A stretch of DNA of 53,191 bases, filler included, from Bipalium vagum (taxonomy: Eukaryota): the NCBI GenBank assembly GCA_037834085.1. It is 3 parts of 3 records of this genome, joined end to end, with 100 filler letters (N's around TTAATTAATTAA, not from the genome) between each part and the next. Parts side by side here need not be neighbours in the genome. Positions count along the whole stretch, not along the records: positions 36,310 to 53,191 come from JBBMKC010088462.1; 2 more parts are not named here. One strand, 5' to 3'. Under the pieces are notes generated by a model. It was not told where the DNA came from. It was given only the letters and a program-made list of their open reading frames with translations, and ran no database searches. Shown one piece after another: positions 36,373 through 50,910 of this stretch. Numbering within the stretch: position 1 is the first letter of the stretch; every line of letters starts with the position of its first letter. The position numbers and the translations under genes were made by a program.

Positions 36373-37840
36373 GAAGAAGAAGAAGATGATGAATAAAAAT
36401 AATAATTATAATTATAATTGTAATAATATATAATGTAGTATATATTATTACAAATTTTGAATGATAGGGAATTTTATAAAATTCCTGAATATCAGAAAGT
36501 AAATCCCTTAAAGTCCCACAATATGTATCAAATAACTCTGTTTACCCAAATATTTAGCTTTTTTTCATAATCAGTTTTCAGTTTCCATTTGTTTTGTTTA
36601 AATCATGGAATCTTTTATCATCCCACATGTCTCAATGACTCATCGTGGCATCAGAGAAAAATCAGACTTTTCCCATAAATAACTTATTAAAAAATTTCAG
36701 TTTTGTGGGAAATAATCTCTCAGTTGTATCAAATGGCAGAGAATATGCATAAATCAATACATAAATGAATTTAATAATTTTCTTATTTATATATTTTATT
36801 TATTTAAAAAATATAACGAATATCATTAGATAAAATTTCAGGAATTTTATTTAAAATGTTTAATTATTTTTTTTATTACTATAAAAAATATTCTTAATGT
36901 TTTTAATTATAATTTTAAAAGATATCGATTTATTATTGTCAAATGATAATTAAAAGTATCATTAAAATTATTTATTACTTTTTTGTATTTTAAATAGCGT
37001 AGAAAATTTGTTTCTCGTGCATTTGTTTCTCTTTCACAGAAAAGATGATAATTTTGTGAATTTTCTTTTTTAAAAAACAAAATATTAATTATTAATTATT
37101 TTTCATAATATTTTGTTGTTGTTTTATACGATCTGTAAAACATAATATTTTACGAAAATTGAAATAGCTATGAATGAAATTTTCAAAATTATTTTAAGAT
37201 ATTTCTTGAATATAATTTTCTATTTTTTTGTTTTAATATTCCTTTTTTTTATTATTTTATATTGATTGCAATAATTATGATAATGATATATAATGATAAT
37301 TTTTGAATAAATCAATAAGTTGAATTAAAAATTTAAACAAAAATGTAATGAAAAAAATGAAAAAATATTAATTATCAAATGTTGGTGGAAATATTTCATT
37401 AATGAATTAAATAATCGGTGAAGTTAAAATTCATTTTTCACTGTTGTATTATTTTTTGTCATCATTTTGCAAAATAAAAACTCTGTTTTTTATTTCCATT
37501 TGTATTAATTATTGTCTTCGTTGCAGACTAATGATAAATAACTTCCTGTTTAGAAACAAAATGTCAATATCAAGTTTTAATTTCAAAATTTATACATAGA
37601 TGAAATATTTTGTAATATAAAAAATAATTATAATTATCAATATTATTATCAATATTTCGATTTCTGATATGAGAATAACAAATTAAATTCTCACACCATG
37701 AAATTTTCAATTCTTTAAATTATTATTTAATTTTTTAAGGTTAAGTCATTTTTATTTTTATAAAATTAATTTTCGGTAAATGAATTTTATCTCTTAAGAT
37801 CATAAAATATTTTATATGCCAGAGTTAATTTTTATCATAA

Positions 37841-37844
<4 letters not shown>

Positions 37845-37899
<55 letters not shown>

Positions 37900-37900
37900 T
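37845..37900 (+). repeat. (ATT)n microsatellite
   Basis: About 18 perfect units. Confidence 0.95.
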
Positions 37901-40059
37901 ATTTATTTATTTGTATTATTATAAAAATGAGAAATATGGAAATATCTGTATCATAATTTAATAACTATTAAAAATAATAAAAAAAAGAAAATCAATAATT
38001 ATTATTCAAATTGTATTATCACTATATAAACATATTACTGCAACTAAGTTTTAAAATTAAAAATTAATTTATTAATTATAATCTTAAATTAAAATTTTTA
38101 AAAAACGATTCAAGTGTTAAAGAATGTTTAAAGAAGTTTTTTAAAATAAATATACAAATTTTCTTAATTAAACTGAATTATATTTCTTAATAAAAGTTTT
38201 TTTAAAATATTAGAATAAATAATTTTTTTTAATAATAAAGTTAGATCATTTTAAAAAACTCAAAAATATTTTGTGAAAAAAATATTATTCTCAAGTTTAA
38301 ATTATGGAGTTAAGTAATACCGACAGTACTGATAACTTGGCAGTAACTAATTAAAATTATTATTTCATGGGATAAAACAGATAAGTAACTTATAAGTGCA
38401 ACATTTTTCTTAGATACTTAAATTGGAAACAAACCCTCTGGTAGAGGAGACTGGTTTCTGGAGTCTCGTAGTAAAAGACTAAACAAGCTCTCCTCTGTAG
38501 TTTTAGTCAAATGCGTGGGTAATTACCATCTGAAACGTAGACTAATTTCCATTATTTATTGGCTTCGTTGAGAGTTTACCTATTAACATTCCAATTCTGC
38601 TTATTATAAATTGTTTAATTGCAATCACTTTTTGTCATACAGTTGCAAACTTTCTTTGCTTTTTGATTTGAGGCAGTCCACCTAAAATGTGTTTTGATGT
38701 TGAGAATAATTGAGAAATTTAGATTTTTACTAAATGAGAACATAAATCAAAAAAATTCTATCTAAAATATTTTTGATGTTTAAAAGAAAGATCTTTGATT
38801 GAAAATTTCTCTTTAATGTTACAAAGATTTTGAATGGTTTTACTGAAATTAAAAATTGATTTTAATGCTTATTCTGTCAAGTACAGGTCCGGCATTGTTT
38901 ATTAAAACTAAAATATTTTACGAATCATTAAAATTTACTCTTAATATACCATTATTGAAAAAACTCTTGTATGCATTGTTCGGTATGGCGTCCAACGACT
39001 TTTGAGAATTGGTTTTGTCGTCAGTGGACTTATGTTGCTCTCCCTAAAGGGGTTATTAGGGTTCCGAGTAGGAATCACTACTAATCACATTGTGAATGGT
39101 AAGTGAATTCCATATATATCTCTAGTGAAAAATATCCTGGAAAAGGATCGACATGTGTGGATGCTAAACATGTTAAGACAAAATTTCAAAAATTCATCTC
39201 TTCATACAATATTTCTTAATTCTGCCTTTCTGACAAATATTTTCTCTCTCATATTGGTGGTTTTTCAAGATAAAACTATTTGTTTCTGCTTTAAGAAGAC
39301 ATTCGGATGGCAGAAGACCATGGAATTTTAAAAAAATAGGTTCACTGTTTAAATTCTGAGTGGATTATGTGATTTTTCCCTGTTTTTTTATTTATTACTG
39401 GAAAGGATGACATATCATACTCAAATCTTTAGCCTTGAGTATAATGTGTTTCGTGATTATGGGGATGAATTTCTTCGAGCAAACCTTTCAGAAGCTTATT
39501 TGTTTTCCTGGGCCAGAAAAAAATAGTGTTGCTGTAGTACGAGCTGTGTTGAGAAACGTAATGGTAATAAGAATTATATTTTATAATTGTAACAAGGAAG
39601 CAACAGAAAAAAGACAGAAATTCTCTCTTTGCTTTTAACTATCTTTTGCAATTCCCCTTATCAGGGAGATTTATTTTATTTTTTCTTATTTTATTCAGAG
39701 ATAAAAATTAATTAAATTTTATTCAAAACTTAATTAGTTGAAAATGAATAAAAGAATAGTTATTTATATACAACTTTCTTTATATGCGGTCATTTGATAG
39801 TTTTCTTTATGAAGAAGGTTGAAAGAAAAATTGTCGGAACGATCGAAATTTCATTGAGTCTTAACTTATTTATATAGTTCTTTATAACTTAATACTATTA
39901 TTTATATTAATATTTTAAAAAATATAATAATATTTTTATTATTATTTGTTATTATTAATTCTGTTTTTCTGTCAATTAATTATTGATTATTTTTTTAAGT
40001 ATAATAACTTCAGATTTATTTATTGTTTTTTTTTAAATATTTTAATAATATTTTGCTAA

Positions 40060-41047
40060 TAAACGTGTAGAATTAAATAATTATATCTTGTTTAACTTAA
40101 CTAAAATGTCAAAATTTAAACCGGAAAAAAAATCATGGAATTGCTCCTTTTCTGTTGCTATTTGGAAAACCAGAAGTTATAGCTCATTGAATGATCATGT
40201 AAGCTTACAGTGAACGATGAATTACAGTTGATAATCGTAATTATTATATAATGATAGAAGGCCTATGAATCTCCTATGGGAAAGATTAATAATGATGGAA
40301 AATGGTTTCTAAATGAACTGAAAGAAAGATTAATAAAAATGTGAAAAACAATGTGACATCTTGCTGAAAGGCATAAATGATAATATTTTTTGCACTACAT
40401 ATTGACTGGAGATGAAAATTTGATATTCTTCTTTTATGTTAAGTAAAGAAAGTCTAAATTTATTTCTTTAAAACTCATCTAAAATGATACAATATCAGAA
40501 TATTTAACATAAGCAGGTATTCGTCTGTATATTGTGGAACTAAAAGGAGTTTGTGTATCATGAGATGTTAAAATAGAACCAAATCGTTTCTACTGAACTT
40601 TATAAATAACATTTGATAGATTTAAACAAGATATTACAAAAAAAGTCGCAAGAAGAAGAAAAAAGATACTCCAGTGTTATCTTCCATCAGGATAAGGCCT
40701 GATCATGTATTTAAAGATTAGGAATAGCTCATTGGAAGATCTTATTTATGATGTTTTACCTCACTCACCGAACATTGCTCCAAGTGAATATTATTTGACA
40801 TCAATAACACACGTACTTTCGGAGCTTCAATAATTATAAAATTATGAACAATAGAAAAACGGCTCAATTAATGGATTACTTCGTTTACCCAGTCGTATTG
40901 CCTTCAATGATTTCAACATCTAGCAGTCAGATGGGAAAAATAATAGCAATCGATGAAAAATGATTTGACTAGTGTACATGTACTTGGTTTTCACAATAAA
41001 GTGTTTTTTGTATTATAAGAGCTGTCCAAATTTATATCTAACAATAT
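40060..41047 (+). mobile_element. Heavily decayed mariner element
   Basis: MSKFKPEK start, LTGDE, FHQDKA and HSPNIAPSEYYL remnants with many frameshifts; boundaries approximate. Confidence 0.7.
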
Positions 41048-42016
41048 TTTTCATTTTGCTTTTATATTCTTCTCACATTCAAAAATCACTGGTTTTAATA
41101 TTCCAAAAGTTTCTTTTAATTAAAATGTTAGGCCTGAAATTATTACAAAAATCATTAATTTATCAACATTTTATAATGAGGTCTTTTTAATATTTAAATT
41201 AGGATTTTTTCAACACCGTTTCAATATATTTAGGTTCCTTTATTTATAAAAAGATTTAATATTTATAATAATAAATATAATTAAAATAATTTTTTAAGAA
41301 ATGCTAAGATAAAACTGACATGAGAGTAATATAATTATTTTTATACAACTTAAAATGCAATCAAAATCAATTTGAAAGAAGAAAAGAACCGCGCATTTCA
41401 AAAATGTTATTTGATGTAATTTTGATATAATATTTTTAATTAAATTTAATTTATTAACAATTATGACTAATAAATATATTTATAATAAATATATATTATT
41501 TATATTAAGAGTGTGTATCATTTTCTAAGGTATTATAGGATTAAAGTAAGTTTGGATCAAAGAAGGGTTACAACGTGGTCTTTGGAAATATTATTTATCC
41601 TTAGTTATATTTCTTTCTTTTTTCTCATAATAAGTATATTCCACATCGAAAAAAGTAATTATCAATGTAGGCTCTTGAAGGATCATTTCATTTTGGAATT
41701 TGTTAAATAAGTGGTAATAAAAATGTACAATATCAGGAGAATACGAAAAAGGTGATATGACCTATAAAAATGATTCTAATATTTCTTTAGCAACATATGA
41801 CCCATCACTTTTCATTACCCCTACAATGTTTTCTTTAACTGCATTAATTGATGTTCAAAAACCTAAAAAAAAGCTAACTACAGATGGTCCGAAAATGTGC
41901 AGAACATGATTTTCACACCACAAATATTTGAGATTACGGTTGATATAACAGATTTGACGACCTGTGAAATCTGTTTTTGCATTTCGGATTATTGTAATGA
42001 ACTTCCATCAAAATAA

Positions 42017-43237
42017 TATTTTGTTGTAAAGTTCAAAATCCAACTAATACAATTTATTTTAAAAAATGAATTTTTACATAGATAAAATAAGAAACTTAAC
42101 AAAAGTAATTTCCGTTGTTATCTATGATCTTTGGCCACCTTATAGGTAAATTCGTGATTCCTTCCTCATAAAAACTGGTGGACTTAGACATAAAGAAATT
42201 GTACAAGGTGTTTTTCATATCGACCTCTTTAGAAAATTCTTTTCCATTTAGATAATTTTGAAGAGTCCTGAACAGATGATAATCTGAAGGCGTGATATGA
42301 GGTGAGTTCGCCGGATAAGGAAGAACTTCCCATTCTAATGCCTCTATTTTTTCCTTTACGATTTTTGAAATATGGGGTCTGGCATTGTCATGTTGAATAA
42401 TGACATTCTTTCTCTTTATCAATCCTGGTCTGTATTTCTTAAATTTACCTCATGTCGTCCTAATTGGTCACAATAAATCTGTCCTGTGATAGTTATGTTA
42501 CGTGGTAAAAGATCGTAATATATTATTCCAAGATAATCCCATCAAACAGGCATCATAATTCAGCGAGGATGAAGGTCTGGTTTGGCAGTGGGTATCGACT
42601 TCTGGCCAGGCGTAAGCCATTGCTTTTTTCTTTTCATGTTGACGTAGCACACCCACTTCTCATCTCCTGTTACAGTTTTTTTAAAAATATCGTTATTGAA
42701 TCATTGGAGAACAGAAGCACAAGTCAACAATCTGCGCTTTTTGTTGTTTTCACTTAAGCAATGAGGAATCCATAACCTGAAGGTGATCTCCCAAATGACG
42801 CGTTGTACATATAGGATCTCCCTCGATAAGAGATAGAAGAACATTGTTCTCCAAATTTGATGAACTTCCTCCTCTTCTTTCGGAAATATCAAAATTTCGG
42901 CCTTTAAATCTTCTAAACCATCTTTGACATTTACCTAGTGAAAGATTACATTCAGGATAGGTTGTTGATATGTTTTGATGCATTTAAGCTGGTTGATCTC
43001 TTTCTAAAATCATATATCAAACAATGCCTGATATGAATTTCTTCAGTATTTATCTAAAATTAATTTTATCTAATTATTTAAAATTTTGCAAAATTATTAA
43101 ATCAAACTTATCAGTAAAACAACATGTTACTAACATTAAATAAATAGTAATTATAAATTTTTTTTATTTATTGTTGAGAAATATGGTCTCAAAAATTAGT
43201 TTATAATAAATTGGATTTTAAACTTTACAACCTAATA
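42017..43237 (-). mobile_element. Full-length decayed mariner (DD34D) with paired TIRs and TA flanks
   Basis: Left TATTTTGTTGTAAAGTTCAAAATCCAA matches right-end reverse complement TATTAGGTTGTAAAGTTTAAAATCCAA. ORFs contain CQRWFRRFK, WIPHCL and HD-(34 aa)-DYHLF. Confidence 0.92.
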
Positions 43238-44168
43238 AAAACATTCCCAAAGTGCTTTGTTTCTTCAAAGAATGACTTCCAGTGAAACCCTTTATGACTT
43301 ATTGAATTAGATCCCTGGATTACTTTTTATCATATTTATTCTTTTAAGTTTTCCTAACCATTCATCCTAATTCATCTATTTTTCTTTGTTTGATAGAATA
43401 TCTCTAATGGTCCTTCTACCAATTTGCATAGAATAGATTTTTGAAAATTAAATAGCCATTTCATTATGTGATATTTTATTTAGCATTGAAAAATTTGCTA
43501 TTTTTTTAGCTTCCAGTTAATCTGTTTCTGTTGTGAATTTGTGAAAAATGTGATATGGTGATAAAAAAGTATGTATAAACTGTCACTCTAGGTTCAATGT
43601 CCCTTAGAAGTAGTTTCAAATTTCCCCTTTTAAAATTTTTTCACTGAATAATAATAATAATGTAGAGTCACAACTGTATTATCCCACTGTTGGATGATGT
43701 GGATAGAACTAGTGACTCCAAAGTAGTTGCTGGGTCTGGATCTTGAAACTATAACTCAAACCTGATAAAAACTTTTAACTTGTCTTCAGAGCAAATCCAT
43801 CCTTATTTCACACCCTGTTGTAATCACTATATTACTTGGCTGTACTCAGCATGCTTAATGCATCGAGACAGGATTTTTACGTGCTGCACATTAATTCACA
43901 TAATTTGGCCTTCAGCATACAAAATGCACATAGAACCTAATTTCACCTTATGGATTTTTTTACCATAATTTGCAAATAAATAAGAATTTTATTTAAAAAT
44001 TAATTAATTTGTTTAAATAATTTTAAATAATTCAATTTTCAAATTTATTTAATAGTATTCCCGTTACTTCTGATAAATTGAAAAACCTTGCCCTGCAATA
44101 TCAGTCCGCTAAAATAGTTAGCGATTGGGTGATTTTAAAATTTCAATTATGCGACATTATTATTAACG

Positions 44169-44363
44169 TTGACCAAATATTTTAATTTAAAAAGTACTCC
44201 TCACATAAATTTTGGTTTAAAATGCAATAATAGTTTGAAGCAATTATTCCTGAAAGAAAATGAATTATTTTGTGTTGAAAAGTCATCTAAAAGAAATAAA
44301 TTTACTTTAGATTTAACCAAGGCATTTGAGCAATCTGGAATTCCATTATTTAAAATTAATTAA
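44169..44363 (+). mobile_element. Possible hAT/CGGBP1-like transposase fragment
   Basis: KQLFL...KFTLDLTKAFEQSGIPLFKIN resembles the F-xx-DL-xx-AF-xx-ANIPL-x-K motif. Confidence 0.4.
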
Positions 44364-47300
44364 ATCTCATGTTGAGGTTGCACTAGAACCTTTCAACGAT
44401 TATCTACATTACTTATATAATGTATTATAATATTAATATTTATAACATAGAATTTGTCTTTGTAGGAAGTGACAGAGTCTAAAAGAAAGAAAATATAATG
44501 CTGTATTTTGGTACTTTGGGTATTCTATGTCATACTCATACTCCATCTCAATATTTCATACCTTCAATCAAAAATTCAATTCAAAAAGAAAAATCAATTC
44601 AAAACATTTGGATGTCATCCTTTATATTTTATTATGTGATCTTAATACATTTTATTAATTATTGTGTGATTTTATTGTTCAAAAAATGATTTTATTTTTA
44701 TTTTATTTGACCAATTTTCATTGTGATTAAAGTTAAAATAATATTTTGTTAATAAGAATAATAAAAAGGATAAAAACATTTTAAAAAAATAATAAAAAAA
44801 TATTACGCTGTCATTTGAGAAATTTTTCTGGAGCGGCAGCAGTTGAAGTCAAAAAGTGAGAAATTGAGTTTAAAAAATTATTTTAAAAAATTTGTAATTA
44901 CAATAAATTAGGAAGCTCCTCGAGATCTAGATTAAAATAAATAATATGACTTTAAAAACATACATTACTTGAATAAGAATGGTCCTCGAGATTTAAGTTA
45001 AATAGTTCATTAACATAATATGGAAATTAAAATAATAAAAATATAAAATAAAATAATCTTACAAAGTAAAAATAAAATAATATTAATATTAAGAAATATA
45101 TATATACTATTTATATATTTCCTAAAAAGAAAAAATATTTTATATTATATATTTTAAAAAGTTGGTGTCGTCAACATCGTATAAAATAACGTAATGTAAA
45201 TATGACATTTATAATAAAAATAGGCATGACGTCAATAAGAATAAATAGGCTTAGAAAATATTATAAATAGGCAGTTGACAAATAAGAATTATTTCATATT
45301 GAGTAGATAGTATAATTTTACACAACTCTGAACTACATTTTCTGATTTGTAGTCAGATAAGAACCAGCTTGATTAATATTAAAATATTAATTCCATTCTT
45401 ATATCAATGATAATTATATGATAATAATAAATATATGATAATTCCGAAATAATACTCCTGAAATATACATTAATAATAATAAATATACACTAATAAAAAT
45501 GAAATATTTAAATATTCTTCTAATATTTCTCCTATTTTTAAACTTTATAATCTGATTACAATATTTTCAAATGATTTATTTTGATCACCTAAGATCACCA
45601 AAATAATTGTGCAAGAATTATTTTAAGAGAAGTTTACGTGATTGCATTTTAATTAAAACCTTTTGAAAAAGCAAATTTAATTCTGTATATCTAAGTTCTT
45701 TAAATCAAACTATTATATTATATTTGAAGTTTTTCTCACAAAGTTCTATTTTTCTTACTTTATTCAAAAAATACTTGAAATCTTTGATATAATTTCAGTA
45801 AGTTTAAATTAATAATCTTAGAACTACAAATAATTTTACGTTTCATTCTTGTTTTAACTTATTTTTATTTTTAAAATTAGAAAAAATTTTAATTTCAAAC
45901 AATGAAATCTGTCTGAATGTTTCTCATCAAATATAAACAATAATAAATGGGAAATGAATGATGCTAAAACGCAATTAATATGAAAAATGTCGGTTTCATT
46001 TATTTGGTATTTGTCGGCTTGTTTGAAAATGAAATCGGATTATGATAAAGTCTTATTGTTCATTAATTAATAGATTTTTCAGTTCCTCTCGTTGATTTAT
46101 AATTACATACATTTTTAAAATATTTTCAAAAAATGATCATTTTTATAAACTGTTGATTCACGAATGTTTTATTTCATTACATTTTAAATGATAATTTTAA
46201 TAAAATTAATCACAACTGTCAAAATGTCTTTCGGCCAATTAATCAAAATGGATTGATACAAGAAGAACAAAAACACAAAAGTAAAGTATTAATTTCATTG
46301 ATTATATTTAGAACAAAAGATAAAATCTATTTTTCAATCAAATATTGTTTGTCCTGTGAACTGAAGCTATATTAATGAGTCATTTCCCAAGCATTTCATT
46401 CAAAATGGATTTTTATTCATTATAACATTTCATATTCTCTTCAACGATTAGCTTGTATTTGTATTTATGCTTGTGTATGATGTTGTGTATTGTGGATATT
46501 GTTAATTGTGTGTATGTACTGTAGAAGAATCGTTTTCATTCGCCAGAAAATGTCCCAAATTCTTTCCCTAAAGTCCTGTCATACACCAAACCAGTGATGA
46601 TGACTGAAAAACGAAAGAAATGATTTAAGATAACGAAAACGTTGTATAATAAATACTAATGTCAACAGAAATTTGGACAGAATTTATTTTTCATTCCACA
46701 TAGACCAACTAAAAATGATTGTGTGGATAAATATTATAGAATAAAATGCTTGCTTTTAGACATACACAACATTCTAGAATTTCTGCCAAGCTTTTCACCA
46801 ATAAATTTTCAGAATTGTTGAACTGTTCCCATGTAGCTATTGAAAATTTTATTACATTGATTGCTAGAATTAAAATCATTAGTTAAAATTTTGGATTCGT
46901 GAGTAATTATTTTTTCTAATTTTTCTTATATAACTCGAGTTTTTCCATTCAGTATATTATGGCTGGAAATCGTATTATAAATAACCTTTTAAGTTTTCAT
47001 ATCTTAGAGGTTATTTTTCAGAGATTCGTTGATGCTTCATTTGACATTTTGCTCAAAGCCATTTCATTAAATTGATGGTGAGCAAAGCTTCAAATGAGAT
47101 TTCTCGGAATTAATCTTCACCATAAATTTTATTTGATAATATTAGAAAAGAAAATGATTATTTCCTGATATATGATCATGGGATTGTCAATGTTAGAATT
47201 GATTCGTTAAATAATCATAAATCTCTACATATTCCAATTAGAAACATTTGTATGAAAAATTATATTTTAATTTAAATTTTTCAAAAATTAACATTTCTGT

Positions 47301-47969
47301 TTAGCTTACATTGACAGGAAAAAAATGAATAAATGCAAAACTGTTTAGAGAAATATATGAATAATTTTAGAATTTCCAAATCCTGTGGAAATATGGTTCC
47401 CTTCTGCTACAAAGTTATTTCTGTCAATTAATCACAGAAAACCTGATGGTATTATTTTATAAATTGATTATTTTTATATTAACAGATTCAGATTGTCGAT
47501 TTTTTTCTGTACTTAATTTCTTTTTAATACATACATAAATTTTCTTTTGCTAGTAATAACGCCTTAATAATTTGAATTTATTTTGTGGAAAATTTTATTT
47601 AAGTCAAGTTGTAAACAACTTGCCTGGTAATTAAAATGTCATGATTTAATGATTTTTTCTGTGCTTTATGTTTTACGAAAATAACAAGTAATCAATATTT
47701 CACATTACTTCTTTGAGATGTTTATCCTAAAGACTTTCAAACAATGAATGAAAACTTCATTGTGAAAAAAATCATCCTTAGGATATTTCACTAATAAATT
47801 CGGAAAATGCGTCTCAAAATATTAACCGGGAAAAATTGATTAATAATAGTTGATTATCAAAAAATCCAATTTTTATATTTTAGTTAGAGGTGTAATAAAA
47901 AGGTTATCATTTTTTTTATTGGTGTCCTTTGACGGTTTTGATAACATGTATTTTATTTCAAAATTAAGT

Positions 47970-49750
47970 TACATTGTAACCCGCTTAAGAAGACCTCGTT
48001 TATTGTTATGACCCATCTAATATTACGTAAAAATGAAAAATAATTGATTATATTAATCCTATCGAAATAATAAATTTTTCGCGTAATATCATTTAACTTC
48101 TTAGTATTACAACTTGTAAATTTGTTTAAATAATAGTAACTTTTGATGTCTATTTGAAAACATTAATAATAATGTTTATGAAACTGTATAATATATTTTA
48201 TAGATGAGTGAACACAGAAACGGATTGAAAATTCAATTTAAAACCTTAGAAATTATTGCGGAAAAGATATCTTTCGTTTCAATAAGTAGCAACTTTCAAA
48301 TTGATCACTCAACTGTAAAATTTAAAAAAAATAATATTATACTTGCTAGTGCAGGAAATATCAACCGAAAACGTCAGTGTTATAATAATTTTGAAAATGT
48401 TGATGAAACATTGATGGATTCTAATTTACCAATTAGTACTGAAATTTTAAAAACAAAAATTGATATATTTACAACTGAACTAGGAATTGATAAATTTTCT
48501 GCAACTAACAGTTTGCTAGATTGATTAAAAAACAATCTTCTTTCGTTTACTAAATATTCAATGTGAAAAAGACAATTCCAATCTCAATGCGAGTCTCGAA
48601 TATCAAATGTTTGTGTTGAAGTAAATAGAATTTACAAAGCTGAAGAAAGCTACACTGCAAAAGAGACCGGTATTTAATGATGTGAACTTCCAAAAAAATT
48701 GTGTATATATAAAGAAAATGAACTAACTGGAGGTAAAATTACCAAGGATAGTTGGAAAAAAACCCTATGTTAATGATATGTAAGTCTGAAATACCACAAT
48801 GTTTCCATAATTTGAAAATTTTGTCTGTTGATTAAAAGTATATTAATAAAGCATGGATGACGTCTATAATTTTGAAAGTTGGCTTGGAAAATTGGATTGT
48901 GAATTTTTTTTTAAAAACTGAAAATTGCTTTCTTATTTGATAATTGCACAAAACATCCCAGGATAGAATAACCTAATATCGAGCTTTGTTTCTACCTAAA
49001 AATTTGACTGTAGTGATTAAACCATGTGGCCAAGGAATATGCTGTGGTTTGAAATTTAATTATCGATGTTAACCTGTTCTTAATCTTCTGTAATATTTAA
49101 ATCGAATGTGTAGGATATTTCTGTTATTCATTTGATAATAGATAGATCTGTTATGTACTATGCGCTTCCGGAAAGAATCCGTGGAGATGATTAAATGTGA
49201 CATTTAATGGTTTCATAAAGGCAAAGATATAAAAAGGTGATTATGTAATTTTAGCAAATAACTTTAACGGAATGACTGATAGAATGACCGATACCTTCAC
49301 TGTTGTACTTCAAGATTTAGAATTTATCAAACCTTTAAATGATAATACAATAATTGAAACTATTATGCGAATAATGCTAAGAAAATTGATGACAGTAACT
49401 AACGTGAGGAGGCCAATCAGAATTGATAATTACTAGTAAATACATGATTTAAAGTCATTAAAAATGATTCATCATTTCTGTAAAACAATGTCATACAAAA
49501 TTGAAAACACTTAAATCATTTCGAAACCCTAGTATTGTTTTGAACAGTGCATCAAAGTCAATATAATTAACTCTTGATACTTGGTTAAAAACCATTGAAT
49601 AAAATATTTTATAATATTTATTCAATTTATTCTGTCTTAAATTTATTATTTTCAAATATTTTTAATTACACGAATAAATGATACAAAACGGGTTTCTCAT
49701 TAATTTTACGACCCAGTTGAAATTATGATTTTCTCGGTAACGTATGTTGT
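47970..49750 (+). mobile_element. Decayed pogo/Tigger-like element
   Basis: TA-CATTGTAACCCGC start; ORF 48204..48524 (CENP-B-type, LPISTEILKTK...FSATNSLL); remnants ETG, KAWMT, LFDNCTKHP and FLPKN. Confidence 0.78.
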
Positions 49751-50910
49751 GATAAATATTTTAAAATGATCATAATTATTTTAGACGATTGTAATTTTCT
49801 AAATGTTTGTTAAACAAGAATTTGTAAAAAAAACACATTAGTTTGTGTTCTAATTATTATTGTTCTGATAAGAAAATAAAATTTATTATTTTTTGTCTTT
49901 TATCATATGTAGAATGTAAAATTTCATGATATGGCACCACAAAGCAGCAGATTGTATCGCTTAATGTTCATATAGGATTTTTGGCATTTTTATTACGGAA
50001 AACACGGGATGCTGAATAAGAAGTATTTCATGATTTTGTAAGATCTGTTTTTGAAATAATTATTCCTAAGATTGACGTGTTAACTTAACATATAGAAAAA
50101 ATAAACAAGAATAATTTTTAAAAAGTTATTTTCATTTCTAAAAGAACTTTTATTATGTTACCCAGTTCATATTTAACTTACACCTGGTAATGAAGATAAT
50201 AATTAAATTCAATACAAAAAAATTATAAGTGCAAAGTGTTTTTTGATAATTCTATAAATGTTGACAACACGAATTAAATTTTTTTAATTTAAATAAGTTG
50301 TAAACGAAAAAATGCAGTTTTTTAAAAGGATGATATTTTTATTGAACTTAAAAATATTTCACTCCTCATTTAAACAAGATTTGAATTGAAAATGTCTATT
50401 CACACACAATTTAATGTCACTGATTATATTATTTTTCTTAATTATTAAAGAGGAACCCATGTTAAAATTCTTTTTCTTTCAAATATCATTTTCTAATCAC
50501 AAGTCAAATTCAAAGAAATAATAAAGACAGATTTATTTTAATTAGTCATTTTTACCAGACTGAGTCTTAACTTTACCAATGTATTTACAGAAGTTGTAAT
50601 TAATAAAATATAGCAAGTAATTTAATACTATACTGTCTCGAATGGTTTCATTCAAAAGATGTTTCAATTAATATTTTCTGATTTCTTCATCATAATTTAT
50701 GCATAAAAGAACTTGTTACAAATATCTACTTTCAAATTGTTTTTTAAAAAATATTTTCGCGAAATATTGTAATTAATATTCATTAATAATTTGTGTGCAC
50801 TTCGTATGAATATTTATATTAGATATTTATAAAAATAATCTATTATTGTTGCTCTCACCTGTAATAAAACTATTAGATAGCATTTTATGTTTAGTGTTAT
50901 TTTATATATA

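Noticed and set aside
38433-38510. Call as a genuine U5 snRNA or a known ribozyme
   Set aside because: Loop 1 has a mismatch, there is no clear Sm site, and no hammerhead or twister core is visible; kept only as an unassigned structure candidate.
43665-43720. GAGTCAC...GTGACTC hairpin as a pre-miRNA
   Set aside because: A large asymmetric internal mismatch leaves too little continuous pairing.
46200-46900. Possible hAT transposase relic (STEIWT, MLAFRH)
   Set aside because: Only scattered short resemblances across different frames, with no termini identified.
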